Positions 1-9,455 of a stretch of DNA of 39,528 bases are shown piece by piece. Position numbers and translations under genes: made by a program. The DNA is from an uncultured Methanotrichaceae archaeon (GTDB lineage Archaea > Halobacteriota > Methanosarcinia > Methanotrichales > Methanotrichaceae), in assembly GCA_964467095.1 (NCBI GenBank), contig CAYXSJ010000003.1, positions 1 through 39,528 on the forward strand. The letters are read 5' to 3'. A model generated the notes under the pieces. That model ran no database searches. It was given only the letters and a program-made list of their open reading frames with translations, and was not told the DNA's origin. Numbering within the stretch: the first letter of the stretch is position 1; each line of letters opens with the position of its first letter.

Positions 1-386
1 ATCAGCGGCCGGACTTCCGTTACCTCGAATGTAGCCAGCACGGCAATCATCTCCACCGCCTGCTCGCCCACAATCTTGGCCATCTGGCTTTTGTACGCTT
101 CCAGCTTGGGCCCCGAGGTGGCATACTCCAGCATCTTGATATAGACCCGGATTCCTTTCCAATCAAAGATTCCCGCTCCCGGTTCCATTATCAGGTACAC
201 GGCATTGGGATTTTCCTGAAGGTTTTCAAAGGTGCGGCCCCTGGCAAGTGCCACTATTACCGTCTTTTCGTCGATCATCTGCGGGGAGCCGTAAACGGCA
301 CAGTCTACCCTTCCATCCTTGCTCGACGTGCTGATGACGCCCAGCCTCGGCTGCTTGTTGAAATACTCCATCAATTTTCCCGGCAT
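1..386 (-). CDS. Pyridoxamine 5'-phosphate oxidase-like (FMN/F420-binding split-barrel) protein; runs off the window edge
   Basis: Hand translation from ATG at 386: MPGKLMEYFNKQPRLGVISTSSKDGRVDCAVYGSPQMIDEKTVIVALARGRTFENLQENPNAVYLIMEP... The 'ST..KDG' and 'T..NL..NP' motifs are typical of the family. AAGGAG RBS upstream. Not in the ORF track because the stop lies outside the window. Confidence 0.8.
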   Translation of the reverse strand, partial: MPGKLMEYFNKQPRLGVISTSSKDGRVDCAVYGSPQMIDEKTVIVALARGRTFENLQENPNAVYLIMEPGAGIFDWKGIRVYIKMLEYATSGPKLEAYKSQMAKIVGEQAVEMIAVLATFEVTEVRPL

Positions 387-503
387 ATTTCGACTCCTTT
401 TAAAACCAGATATGCTGTATTCCACCAAGAGCACTACCTTGTAGATATGTTTTTTGGCAAGGGGTGGTAGACTATCGATCTGCATCTCGTTTCTTACTAC
501 TAT

Positions 504-522
504 TTCGCGAAAAGTTTATAAT
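504..522 (+). promoter_or_regulatory. BRE/TATA promoter (CGCGAAAAG-TTTATAAT) for a probably leaderless transcript of the 548 ORF
   Basis: Purine-rich BRE followed by a TATA box ending 25 nt before ATG 548; no SD sequence before that ATG. Confidence 0.6.
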
Positions 523-547
523 GATTGAACTCTTCTAACGATTAAAT

Positions 548-1885
548 ATGTCCGATTTTGCATATCACTTGACGAGAATTAGAAATGCAGGCTATGGGTG
601 GGTGAGACTTGCATCAAATGATATAGATCCAATTCTTCATGCCAATAAAATCGGCCTAGATGTGATTGTTGTGCTTGACATCCGGGAGGCTTTTAGAGAA
701 TTCTATCAAGCACAAGGAGAGATTCGACGCAAAGCTGCATATGAAACTGCAGAAAAAATTAAACAGGATGCAAAAGCAAATATGAAGCAAACAAGGGAGG
801 CATTGGAGGCGCTTCTCAGACGGTTAGATCCCTTCGGTACCCTGAGATCGGTCATTGAAGTGGCCAGAAAGGCGGCCGAAGCTGCCGAAGATGCTTTTCT
901 TAAGGCCTCGGAGATAGCTAACCAAATGATCATTGCGGCCGATAGGGAATACGAGAAATTCTTGATAGAAAGACTCGATGTCGTGTCCAGACTTGAAGAG
1001 AGCGCCTTCCCGCCTGGATGGGAAGGTGTCTGGAAAAGCCATATTAAAGAGCGAATCGATAATCTCTGGGAAAAGAAGGCGCTGGTTCATAGATATCAAA
1101 TAACTAACGAACCTAACCATCTATATCATAATTGGGCGCTGGCCCGTAACCTGGATTTGGCGGCAAAGGTCGTTAATATCGGCGGGGAAGCTGCCAAGGC
1201 CAGGCATCGCCAGATATCAGGCAGAACTCCCGAGACAATGGTCAATTTATTTTTCCGGTGGTATAATATATCCGGGCTTACCATGCCCAAATCATACGCT
1301 ATCGATGACAGATCCTACGTTGAAAAGTTCAATTCTAATGCACCGAGCATTGATACATTGCTTTTCGATATCTACCCGTTGACGTGGCATATTGCCACTT
1401 TAGAAAATGAGCTGCCTGTACTACCCTGCTACCTCAATCGCTATCTGGATGATTATCATAATAGATGGACAGACAGTTCGGGCATTCCTAAGCCGGTCGG
1501 AATTATGGAGACGGGATGGTGCACATCCCCTCATTTGTGGCTCCAGGCATTAAGAAATATCGCTCCTGAATTAGCAAAGAAGATTGAAAATGCTGGAATT
1601 CCTCTGGACGCGAGCGATCTCGCCCAGGTGGAATTCTATAGCCTCCTCTTCGACGGCATGAAGGACTACCTTTCCACCAAGGATTGGGTAAAATATCTGG
1701 GAATTTATGAGTACGCTTCCACGGAAGAATGGTACGATAATAGATTTGGTCTTCCCTGCGAGAACTATTTTGGGCTGAATACCAAGCGAGGAAGAGAAAA
1801 GCCTGCCTGGAATAGTGTGGCAATACAGTTGCACAGGCTCAAAGATGTTGCTCGAAAGAAAGTGGGGATAACATATCACGTATAA
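548..1885 (+). CDS. Clan GH-A-like (GH5/GH39/GH53-type) TIM-barrel glycoside hydrolase with a coiled-coil insertion
   Basis: Motifs GWVRL, YQITNEPN (acid/base Glu), FDIYP, PVGIMETGW (nucleophile Glu), GIYEY and ENYFGL...KPAW. Ala/Glu/Lys-rich helical segment at about aa 45-145. Confidence 0.65.
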   Translation: MSDFAYHLTRIRNAGYGWVRLASNDIDPILHANKIGLDVIVVLDIREAFREFYQAQGEIRRKAAYETAEKIKQDAKANMKQTREALEALLRRLDPFGTLRSVIEVARKAAEAAEDAFLKASEIANQMIIAADREYEKFLIERLDVVSRLEESAFPPGWEGVWKSHIKERIDNLWEKKALVHRYQITNEPNHLYHNWALARNLDLAAKVVNIGGEAAKARHRQISGRTPETMVNLFFRWYNISGLTMPKSYAIDDRSYVEKFNSNAPSIDTLLFDIYPLTWHIATLENELPVLPCYLNRYLDDYHNRWTDSSGIPKPVGIMETGWCTSPHLWLQALRNIAPELAKKIENAGIPLDASDLAQVEFYSLLFDGMKDYLSTKDWVKYLGIYEYASTEEWYDNRFGLPCENYFGLNTKRGREKPAWNSVAIQLHRLKDVARKKVGITYHV

Positions 1886-1906
1886 TTAATTATCAATATC
1901 AATTGC

Positions 1907-2785
1907 TCATTTGGTGCTTGCCTTCGCTGCTATGAACTCCCGTGCCAGGCGCGCCGCCAGGAGCGCAGTCTCGCCGTGATCATAGGTTGGAGTCAGCTCG
2001 TTTATGTCCAGGCCTACAGCCCACGGGGCCGTCCGCTCAATCACTCTTTTCACATCCCAGGAGGTGAGGCCAAAGGGCTCAGGATTGCCCACTGCTGGCG
2101 CGAATGCCGGATCGAGGACATCCAGATCGATGGACAGGTAGAGCCGTTCGCAGTTCAGACTTTCTAGAGCCCGGTCCAGGACATAGTCGATGCCCTTCTC
2201 TTTCACATCAAGGGCAGAAAAGTACGGGACCTCGTTCTCCTTCGCGAAGGAAAACTCCTCTTTGCAGCCGCTGCGAATGCCGATGGAGGCGTAGGCCTTG
2301 ACCCCTTCTTTTTCCAAAATCCTCCGGCTGGCGCAGGCGTGGCTGTACCTGGTGCAGCCGTACTCCTCGCGCAGGTCCAGGTGTGCGTCCAGCACCAGAA
2401 CTCCCAGCGTGCCCAGAGTGCCTGGCGCGCTGCGCCGGGCCAGGCTCTCCACAATGGGCGGGGTAATGGAATGCTCTCCCCCGAGGAAGATAGGGATGGC
2501 CGTCCTGGGCAGCAGGGCAAAGCCCTCTTTTATGGTCGCGTCTGCGTAAGCGGGATCTGCCCCAAGCTCCATATTGCCCAGATCGCAGATGGTGAGCGTT
2601 GCCAGATCCACGTCGTAATAGTGATCATAGCTCTCGAAATTAAAAGAGGCGAGACGAATGGCATCCGGGCCATCCCTCGAACCGGTCCGAAAAGATGCGG
2701 TGCAGTCGAAGGGCAGGCCGACTACTACATAGTCAGCATCCTTCAATTCCGCTTCGGCGTCGGCAAAGCCGCACCTTTGGAACAT
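1907..2785 (-). CDS. speB: Agmatinase (ureohydrolase family)
   Basis: GGEHSIT, DAHLD, SHAC and SIDLDVLDP metal-binding motifs; directly downstream of aIF-5A. Confidence 0.92.
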   Translation of the reverse strand: MFQRCGFADAEAELKDADYVVVGLPFDCTASFRTGSRDGPDAIRLASFNFESYDHYYDVDLATLTICDLGNMELGADPAYADATIKEGFALLPRTAIPIFLGGEHSITPPIVESLARRSAPGTLGTLGVLVLDAHLDLREEYGCTRYSHACASRRILEKEGVKAYASIGIRSGCKEEFSFAKENEVPYFSALDVKEKGIDYVLDRALESLNCERLYLSIDLDVLDPAFAPAVGNPEPFGLTSWDVKRVIERTAPWAVGLDINELTPTYDHGETALLAARLAREFIAAKASTK

Positions 2786-2805
2786 GTTATGGATTTAAAG
2801 GTTTT

Positions 2806-3189
2806 TCAGCGCAGGTCCAGCTTGCTCCTGCCCATGACGAAGAGATAGGGGACCTCTTTTCCTTCCTCGATCTTCCCCTTCTGGTCTGCGGTTATGGGAA
2901 TGTCGACTGTGGCGTAGCTTCCCAGGTCCATGAGCTGCACCGAGGTGTCGCCGATGGATAGAACCTGGCCTGTCTTGCGCTCAACAGTTGGCACATAGAT
3001 CTTGGTGGTAACCGGCTGGACGATGGACTTCTTCTGGTTATCGAATATGCCGATGGCGTCCACCCTGGCTTTGGCACTGCCGTGTTTCCCTGGCTTGGAA
3101 TGGGATATGCTCTTGATTATGCAGGGCTCTTCGTCGATGATAACGTACCTTCCTTCTTTCAGCTCTCTGACCTCAACCTGCTCCTTCAT
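2806..3189 (-). CDS. eif5a: Archaeal translation factor aIF-5A
   Basis: Hypusination loop SKPGKHGSAK; 127 aa; AGGAGTGA RBS. Confidence 0.97.
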   Translation of the reverse strand: MKEQVEVRELKEGRYVIIDEEPCIIKSISHSKPGKHGSAKARVDAIGIFDNQKKSIVQPVTTKIYVPTVERKTGQVLSIGDTSVQLMDLGSYATVDIPITADQKGKIEEGKEVPYLFVMGRSKLDLR

Positions 3190-3224
3190 TTCATCACTCC
3201 TAGCGACGAATGCAACTCTCCTAT

Positions 3225-4328
3225 TTAAAGGATGTCTTTCATGCGCCGCAATGCTTCCTCAAGCTGAGAGCGCGCTGCAGCATAAGAAATTCTGATGTGC
3301 TCTTTTCCACCTGTCCCAAAGGCCGATCCCGGAACGACAATGACACCCGCTTTGCCTAAGCGGGCGGCCACATCGTCTCCGTCTCCCACTTTCGGGAAAA
3401 GATAAAATGCGCCTTCCGGCTCAATGAGATCTACTCCCATTTCCCGGAAGCCTTTTACCAGCAGATCCCGGCGAGCTTTGAATTCGTCTCTCATCTGGGC
3501 CACGCATTCCTGCTGCCCGGTGACGGCCTCCAGGGCCGCGGCCTGAGAGATGGAACTGGCGCAGGCCTGAACATACTGGTGAATCTTGAGCAGTTGCTCC
3601 AGTGCGCCGCCTTTGGCCACCAGATAGCCCAGCCTCCATCCGGTCATGGCATAGGTCTTGGAGACAGCATTGACGGTAATGACGTTGTCCGAGAACCGGC
3701 CTGGGCTGACATGCTCTCCTTTGTAGATGAAATGCTCGTAGACCTCATCTGAGAGCACAGCGATGCCCCGATCTTCAGCGATTTGGGCGATAGCCCGCAT
3801 CTGCTGGGGCGTTCCCACCGATCCAGTAGGATTGGAGGGCGAATTGAGTATTATCAGCCGGGTTTTGTCTGTTATCCTCTCCTCTACAGCCTCAGGAGCG
3901 AGCCGCAGGCTGTCATCGAGAGGGATGCTAACGGGCTTGCCGCCCACCAGCTTTGTCAGCTCGGCGTAGGACAGGAAGCTCGGATCGCCTATAAGGACCT
4001 CTTCGCCCCGGTCAACCAGCGCAGCTATAACCAGGAAGAGAGCCTCGCTGGCCCCGCTGGTCACCATGATCTCCTCAGCCGTGCAATCGATCCGGTTTTC
4101 GGAGCGGAACTTTTCCGCGAGAGCGGAGCGAAGAGCCGGCACACCGCAGTTGGGGGTGTAGCCGCACATTCCGTTTTCGATAGCCTGAATGGCCGCCTTC
4201 TTGATATGCACCGGCGTGTCGAAGTCCGGCTGGCCCAATCCCAAATTCACCGATCCAGGTGCCGCTCCCTCAAAACATTTCCTTATGCCTGATATCTCAA
4301 TTTTTTCCGTGCAGCTTGCAAATCTCAT
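3225..4328 (-). CDS. Class I/II PLP-dependent aminotransferase (aspartate aminotransferase-like)
   Basis: NLGLGQPDF, NSPSNPTG, SDEVYE, SKTYAMTGWRLG (PLP Lys) and the C-terminal IRISYA Arg. Confidence 0.93.
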   Translation of the reverse strand: MRFASCTEKIEISGIRKCFEGAAPGSVNLGLGQPDFDTPVHIKKAAIQAIENGMCGYTPNCGVPALRSALAEKFRSENRIDCTAEEIMVTSGASEALFLVIAALVDRGEEVLIGDPSFLSYAELTKLVGGKPVSIPLDDSLRLAPEAVEERITDKTRLIILNSPSNPTGSVGTPQQMRAIAQIAEDRGIAVLSDEVYEHFIYKGEHVSPGRFSDNVITVNAVSKTYAMTGWRLGYLVAKGGALEQLLKIHQYVQACASSISQAAALEAVTGQQECVAQMRDEFKARRDLLVKGFREMGVDLIEPEGAFYLFPKVGDGDDVAARLGKAGVIVVPGSAFGTGGKEHIRISYAAARSQLEEALRRMKDIL

Positions 4329-4828
4329 GGCTCCTCCCTCCTGCCAACAGCTCCCACCGGCTCATCCTTATAAACCGCATTTATAGTGCCAAAGCAATTG
4401 AGCCTGGATAGCTCCTCTTTTATAAGATTCATCCTGATTCTGCCTCCTCGCCAATAAAGAGTGATCTTAACATCCTCTTTTTCCGTCTCCTGGGAGATGG
4501 ACTGCATGAACATCTCCAGTGCCCGGGAATTGGAGAACGGAACCACAAAAATAGCCCTGTACTTTTCTTTCTTTCTGGCGTAGGAGGTGAGGATATAGCC
4601 GTTGTTTTCAAACTCGCTGATCTCCTCGAACCGGCATAAGACCTCCTTTTCGTGCTCTGCGGTTCCATCAATCTTGGAGATTATCAGAAGAATCTTGGCG
4701 ATGAGTGAATTGTCAAATTTTCTTCCAAACCATATATTGATAGCGCCCTGGGTGAGGACAATGGACACCGCAGAGCCGCTCACCTCAATGGAGACCGGCT
4801 CCGGCCTATTGCCTGAGGAGCTGGGCAT
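4325..4828 (-). CDS. Hypothetical protein
   Basis: 167-aa ORF whose stop overlaps the aminotransferase ATG (ATGA), suggesting translational coupling; no recognised motif. Confidence 0.7.
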   Translation of the reverse strand: MPSSSGNRPEPVSIEVSGSAVSIVLTQGAINIWFGRKFDNSLIAKILLIISKIDGTAEHEKEVLCRFEEISEFENNGYILTSYARKKEKYRAIFVVPFSNSRALEMFMQSISQETEKEDVKITLYWRGGRIRMNLIKEELSRLNCFGTINAVYKDEPVGAVGRREEP

Positions 4829-4931
4829 GTGGCTACTAGATCGAGCGGAGCAGATATAACCGTTTCGAGAATAGTCCTGCGATAAGGAGAATCCCCCAAG
4901 AGGGAGAATAATTGAAGAGAGGAATGATACT

Positions 4932-5348
4932 TTGGACCAATGTCTGACAGCTTTAGAGAAGCACTTTGAAGAGGAGCCTTATGCCAAGATCTTCGGTATC
5001 AGGATTGTAGAGCTTGAGGCGGGGCGCGCTCTTCTCAAGATGAAGACTTCCGAGAATATGAACAATCTCTTCGGCACTACCCATGGCGCTGCCATCTTCT
5101 CGCTGGTGGATGCTGCCTTCGAGCTGGCCGTCAACTCGCATGGCACAGTAGCGGTGGCTTTAGGCGCGAATATGAATTACCTCAGCGCGCCTCTTGCCGG
5201 CGAGAGCCTGCAGGCTGAGGGACGAGAGGTCAATCGCTCCCGAAAGATCTCGGCCTGCCAGATTTCCGTCACTGGCGAAGACGGGCGTCTGATCGCGACC
5301 TGCCAGGCCATGGCTTACCGGAAGAAGGACAGGTTGCCCTTCCTTTGA
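4932..5348 (+). CDS. PaaI-family hotdog-fold thioesterase
   Basis: N..GTTHGAAIFSLVD hotdog motif; 138 aa; TTG start after GAGG. Confidence 0.88.
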   Translation: MDQCLTALEKHFEEEPYAKIFGIRIVELEAGRALLKMKTSENMNNLFGTTHGAAIFSLVDAAFELAVNSHGTVAVALGANMNYLSAPLAGESLQAEGREVNRSRKISACQISVTGEDGRLIATCQAMAYRKKDRLPFL

Positions 5349-5387
5349 ACAGAGTTTATATTCCATCGCTGCTCTAGGCTTAGGGCG

Positions 5388-6611
5388 ATGAGACTTGCCT
5401 CCTGCATAAAAAAGTACAAAGACGACACCCATCGAGCTTTACCACCTGAGGAGACGCTACGACGTGCCGAGGCCAAATTGCCCGCTGCAGGGATCACCAG
5501 AGTGGCGGACATAACCAATCTGGACCGGATCGGTATACCAGTCTTCTCTTCCATTCGGCCCATGGCCGATCGCGGTGCCATCTCCGTTTACAACGGCAAA
5601 GGAGCCACGCCCACCGAAGCTAAAGTATCGGCCATGATGGAGGGCCTGGAGCGCTACTCGGCTGAGGTGAGAGACAGGGAGCTAAAAATCGACTGCTTCT
5701 CCCATCTGGAAAGAGCACTGGACCCACGCGAGCTGATCTTGCCCGCGGGAGCAGAGCCGGATGCCATGATACCCTGGATTTCAGGCTGGGACATAATGAA
5801 CGATGAGGAAATTTTTGTCCCGGCCAATGCGGTTTTTCATCCCCTGTCATCTGATTACAAACGCCTCTTTAGAACCAACACCAGTGGTCTGGCCTCAGGC
5901 AATGTGATTGAAGAGGCAATATTCCACGGCCTGGCCGAGGTTATAGAAAGAGATGCCTGGGCCCTGGTGGAGGCGGCACGAAAGGCCTGCCCCATAATCA
6001 GCGATGTGCAGGACAGTCTGGCAAAAGGCCTGCTGGACAAATTCGCGGCAGCAGAGGTGGATGTCTATCTGAGAGACATCACCAGCGACATTGGCGTTCC
6101 TACCTGCGCGGCCGCTGCCGATGATGTCCGGCTGCGCGATCCAACCCTTCTCACCACTGGCATGGGCACACACACCAGCGCCGGAGTGGCAGTGCTTCGC
6201 GCCCTCACCGAAGTGGCGCAGAGCCGTCTCACCCAAATTCACGGGGCAAGAGAGGATACAACCCTGGCGGATTTCAGAAAGCAGATCGGCTACGACAGGA
6301 CCAAGAGGCTCAACAAGCACTGGTTTGAAGCAACCGACAAGAAGAGCTTTACCGATATAGAATCCTTTGAGAGTGACGACTTCCTGCTGGACATAAAATA
6401 TATGCTAAAGAAACTGGAGGAAGCTGGCCTCGATCGCGCAGTGGTGGTGGACTTGACTCGCGAGGAGATAGGCCTTCCTGTGGTCAGGGTGATTGTGCCA
6501 GGTCTTGAGATCGCTGCTGTGGATCCGGAAAGAGTGGGAAAGAGGTGCAAAAATGCCAGCAGAAAAGCCAGGAATAGTCGTCTTCCTGGGGCCAAGTCTC
6601 CCCAGGGATAA
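5388..6611 (+). CDS. ycaO: YcaO, McrA-glycine thioamidation protein
   Basis: ITRVADITNLDRIGIPV, YNGKG, MEGLER, TSGLASGN, EVIERDA and ALTEVAQSR motifs; overlaps tfuA. Confidence 0.95.
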   Translation: MRLASCIKKYKDDTHRALPPEETLRRAEAKLPAAGITRVADITNLDRIGIPVFSSIRPMADRGAISVYNGKGATPTEAKVSAMMEGLERYSAEVRDRELKIDCFSHLERALDPRELILPAGAEPDAMIPWISGWDIMNDEEIFVPANAVFHPLSSDYKRLFRTNTSGLASGNVIEEAIFHGLAEVIERDAWALVEAARKACPIISDVQDSLAKGLLDKFAAAEVDVYLRDITSDIGVPTCAAAADDVRLRDPTLLTTGMGTHTSAGVAVLRALTEVAQSRLTQIHGAREDTTLADFRKQIGYDRTKRLNKHWFEATDKKSFTDIESFESDDFLLDIKYMLKKLEEAGLDRAVVVDLTREEIGLPVVRVIVPGLEIAAVDPERVGKRCKNASRKARNSRLPGAKSPQG

Positions 6612-7218
6612 AGCTGAGCAGATTTTGGAGGCCAACTTCCGGCCTCCCGCCAAGCGGGGCGACGTTTATCAGGCGGCCAAAGAGGGAGCAGGTATCATTT
6701 TGCTCATAGATGGTGTCTTCTTTCAGGAATGCTCCGTGGCCCACAAAGAGGTAATCTATGCCCTGGAAGCCGGGGCAAAGGTTCTGGGCGCTTCCAGCAT
6801 GGGGGCTTTGCGTGCCTCCGAGCTGGATGTTTACGGCATGGAGGGCATAGGCAAAATTTACCAGGCTTACAAGAGCGGCCATTTGGTATCGGATGATGAA
6901 GTGGCTCTCATCTTCGATCCGTTCTCCTGGGAGCCCAGATCCGAGCCGCTGGTGAACATTCGCTTCAATTTGGATTTGGCCTGGCAGATGGGTGTAATTA
7001 GCGTTTCCTGCAAAGACAGGCTCTTTCATTGTGCACAGGCCCAATACTTTCCCGATAGGACCTATGAGCGCATGCTTTCGGATGCAGAGGGGCTGGTGGC
7101 TGAAAAGGAGCTGCAGCGTTTTCGCGAATTCTTGGCCAGGGAGAAGAGGGACTTCAAGATGGAGGATGCTCTGCTGGCCCTGGTGCGAGTCAGAAAGATG
7201 GCAGATGAAATAGATTGA
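6553..7218 (+). CDS. tfuA: TfuA, McrA-glycine thioamidation partner
   Basis: VFLGPSL, PPAKRGD, IDGVF, HKEV, GASSMGALRASEL and DDEVAL motifs. Start moved to ATG 6553 (after GAGGTG) from the track's 6493. Confidence 0.93.
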   Translation: MPAEKPGIVVFLGPSLPRDKAEQILEANFRPPAKRGDVYQAAKEGAGIILLIDGVFFQECSVAHKEVIYALEAGAKVLGASSMGALRASELDVYGMEGIGKIYQAYKSGHLVSDDEVALIFDPFSWEPRSEPLVNIRFNLDLAWQMGVISVSCKDRLFHCAQAQYFPDRTYERMLSDAEGLVAEKELQRFREFLAREKRDFKMEDALLALVRVRKMADEID

Positions 7219-7250
7219 AATAATAGTTTCTCAGACAGGGGGCCAATTCG

Positions 7251-8153
7251 ATGGATATGATAAAAGAGATTCTCGCTTTAAAAAAGGAGCGCCAGGCTAC
7301 AATCCTGGCCCATAACTACCAGATTCCACAAGTGCAGGATGTAGCTGACCTGGTGGGCGACTCCCTGGAGCTGTCCCGCGCAGCGGCTCGCCTGGATTCG
7401 GAGGTAATTATCTTTTGTGGTGTGGACTTCATGGCTGAGACCGCTGCCATTCTCTCCCCGCAAAAAAAGGTCATTTTGCCGGTTAAAGGTGCCTGGTGCC
7501 CCATGGCTCACATGATCACGCCCGATCAGCTCCGCGATCTCAAAGCCCTGAATCCGCAGGCTGCAGTGGTTTGTTATGTCAATTCCACGGCAGAGATAAA
7601 AGCAGAGAGCGATGTTTGTTGTACATCCGCTAACGGCGTGCAGGTGGTAAATTCTCTGTCTGAGAAAGAAGTCATCTTTGTGCCGGACAGGAATCTGGCC
7701 GCCTACGTGGCCCGCCATACCGATAAGAAGATCATTCCCTGGAATGGCTACTGCTACGTGCACGATCAATTCACTGCGAAAGAGGTGCAAGCTGCCCGGT
7801 TGGAGCATCCGAATGCAGAGGTGCTGGTGCACCCGGAGTGCCGGCCGGAGGTTATCGACCAGGCCGATTTCGTCTACAGCACGGCAGGGATGGGAAGGCA
7901 TGCCAGGGCCAGCGCTGCCAAGGAGTTTATCATCGGCACAGAGAACGGCATGATCTACCGGCTGAAAAAGGAGAGTCCTCTGAAGGAGTTCTATCCGCTG
8001 AGCAAGGACGCCATCTGCCATAATATGAAGAAGACTGACCTCGCCAATGTCTTGCGGGCGCTGCAAACGTTGGAGCCGCAGGTGACTGTGCCCGAGGAGA
8101 TTGCGGTGGGGGCGCGCCGGTCGATTGAGAGGATGCTGGCGGTCAAGAGCTAA
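7251..8153 (+). CDS. nadA: Quinolinate synthase
   Basis: ILAHNYQ, GDSL, FCGVDFMAETA, CPMA, YVNS, CYVH, VHPEC and CHNMK motifs, including three Fe-S cysteines. Confidence 0.97.
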   Translation: MDMIKEILALKKERQATILAHNYQIPQVQDVADLVGDSLELSRAAARLDSEVIIFCGVDFMAETAAILSPQKKVILPVKGAWCPMAHMITPDQLRDLKALNPQAAVVCYVNSTAEIKAESDVCCTSANGVQVVNSLSEKEVIFVPDRNLAAYVARHTDKKIIPWNGYCYVHDQFTAKEVQAARLEHPNAEVLVHPECRPEVIDQADFVYSTAGMGRHARASAAKEFIIGTENGMIYRLKKESPLKEFYPLSKDAICHNMKKTDLANVLRALQTLEPQVTVPEEIAVGARRSIERMLAVKS

Positions 8154-8200
8154 AGCGATTGGCTTCGTCCGGAGCAAACTGAGCCATCTCTGGACCAAGT

Positions 8201-9328
8201 TCAATCCGGGGTGCTTGATATTCTTCCGGAGCGAGAGGCACTATATTCAGGCAGGCGGGATATTGAACCGTTATCATTCGGTCTCGACTCATCTGGCACA
8301 GAGGAGATCCTGGATCTGGATAACGCATTTTGCGCTACATAACCGAGCTCTTTGGCTTTAGCGAACGCAACCTCTGAATCTGAGTTACGGTTGAGCTTCT
8401 GCAAAACTTCACCCATATTGCTCCAGTACAGGCCTTCCTGGGGATTGATGTCGAGAGCCTTTTGGAAACACGAAGCTGCATCCTCATACTTCTCCAAATT
8501 GAATAAAGCTACTCCTTTGTTGTTCCAAGTTTCATGATACTCATTATCTGCCAATAGAGCTTGATCGTAGCATTGTATGGCATCCTCGTGCATACCCTGG
8601 GAATCCAGGATATCTCCCTTAAATCTCCAAGCCCAGGTGTCCTTGGGATCGAGTTTGATTGCCTGGTTATAGCATTGTATGGCATCATCATACATCTCCA
8701 TTTCACGGAGCGCATCCCCCTTGCTTTCCCATGCAAAGGAGTCCTCGGGATTGATGCTCAGGGCCTGATCGAAGCACTGAACGGCATCCTCATACTTTCC
8801 TAGGAGGCGTAGAGTTTCTCCCTTATGACTCCAAGCCCAGGCGTCCTTGGGATCGAGGTTAATTGCCTGGTTATAGCATTGTACGGCATCATCATACATC
8901 TCCATTTCACGGAGCGCATCCCCCTTGCTTTCCCATGCAAAGGAGTCCTCGGGGTCGATGCTCAGGGCCTGATCGAAGCACTGAACGGCATCCTCAAACT
9001 TTCCTTTGAGGCGCAGGGTCTCTCCCTTGTGTGACCAGGCAGCTTCGTATTTCGGATCAATAATGAGAGCCTGGTCGTAGCATAGTATTGCATCATCATA
9101 CTTCTCCAGGCGACGTAGGGCATCTCCCTTATTTGACCAGGCGACTTCATATTTAGGATCAATAATAAGTGCCTGTTCATAGCAATTGAGTGCCAGATCA
9201 TAGCTTTCAGCATTATAAAATGTATTGCCTTTATTATTCCAATCAACTGCCGAGGATGAATCCTGACTGAAGGAGGGGGCTATGCAAATAAGGGACAATA
9301 ATAGGATCGATATGGCAACGATCTTCAT
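8201..9328 (-). CDS. Secreted tetratricopeptide-repeat protein
   Basis: N-terminal signal peptide (MKIVAISILLLSLICIAPSFS); about 9 TPR units (W..KG..L...Y..A..CY..AL..DP); Ser/Arg-rich tail. Confidence 0.9.
   Translation of the reverse strand: MKIVAISILLLSLICIAPSFSQDSSSAVDWNNKGNTFYNAESYDLALNCYEQALIIDPKYEVAWSNKGDALRRLEKYDDAILCYDQALIIDPKYEAAWSHKGETLRLKGKFEDAVQCFDQALSIDPEDSFAWESKGDALREMEMYDDAVQCYNQAINLDPKDAWAWSHKGETLRLLGKYEDAVQCFDQALSINPEDSFAWESKGDALREMEMYDDAIQCYNQAIKLDPKDTWAWRFKGDILDSQGMHEDAIQCYDQALLADNEYHETWNNKGVALFNLEKYEDAASCFQKALDINPQEGLYWSNMGEVLQKLNRNSDSEVAFAKAKELGYVAQNALSRSRISSVPDESRPNDNGSISRLPEYSASRSGRISSTPD
8625..8995. repeat. Near-identical tandem duplication with a 204-bp period (two TPR units)
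   Basis: About 8625-8791 matches about 8829-8995 almost base for base (e.g. ggcatcatcatacatctccatttcacggagcgcatcccccttgctttcccatgcaaaggagtcctcggg). Confidence 0.9.
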
Positions 9329-9455
9329 ATTTTATAATGGCATGGTGAAGTAGATATATTTTTGTATCAGTATTCTCTAAATAACATCATTTTTCGAAAG
9401 GTTGAATAGGAATAAGATTGAATAGAGACCAAGAAATCAATTACGTTTAGGAGGT

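Noticed and set aside
7278-8204. 308-aa minus-strand ORF
   Set aside because: Antisense shadow of nadA with no motifs. The same applies to other long antisense frames such as 12179-12919, 27249-28094, 32087-32893 and 33476-34264.
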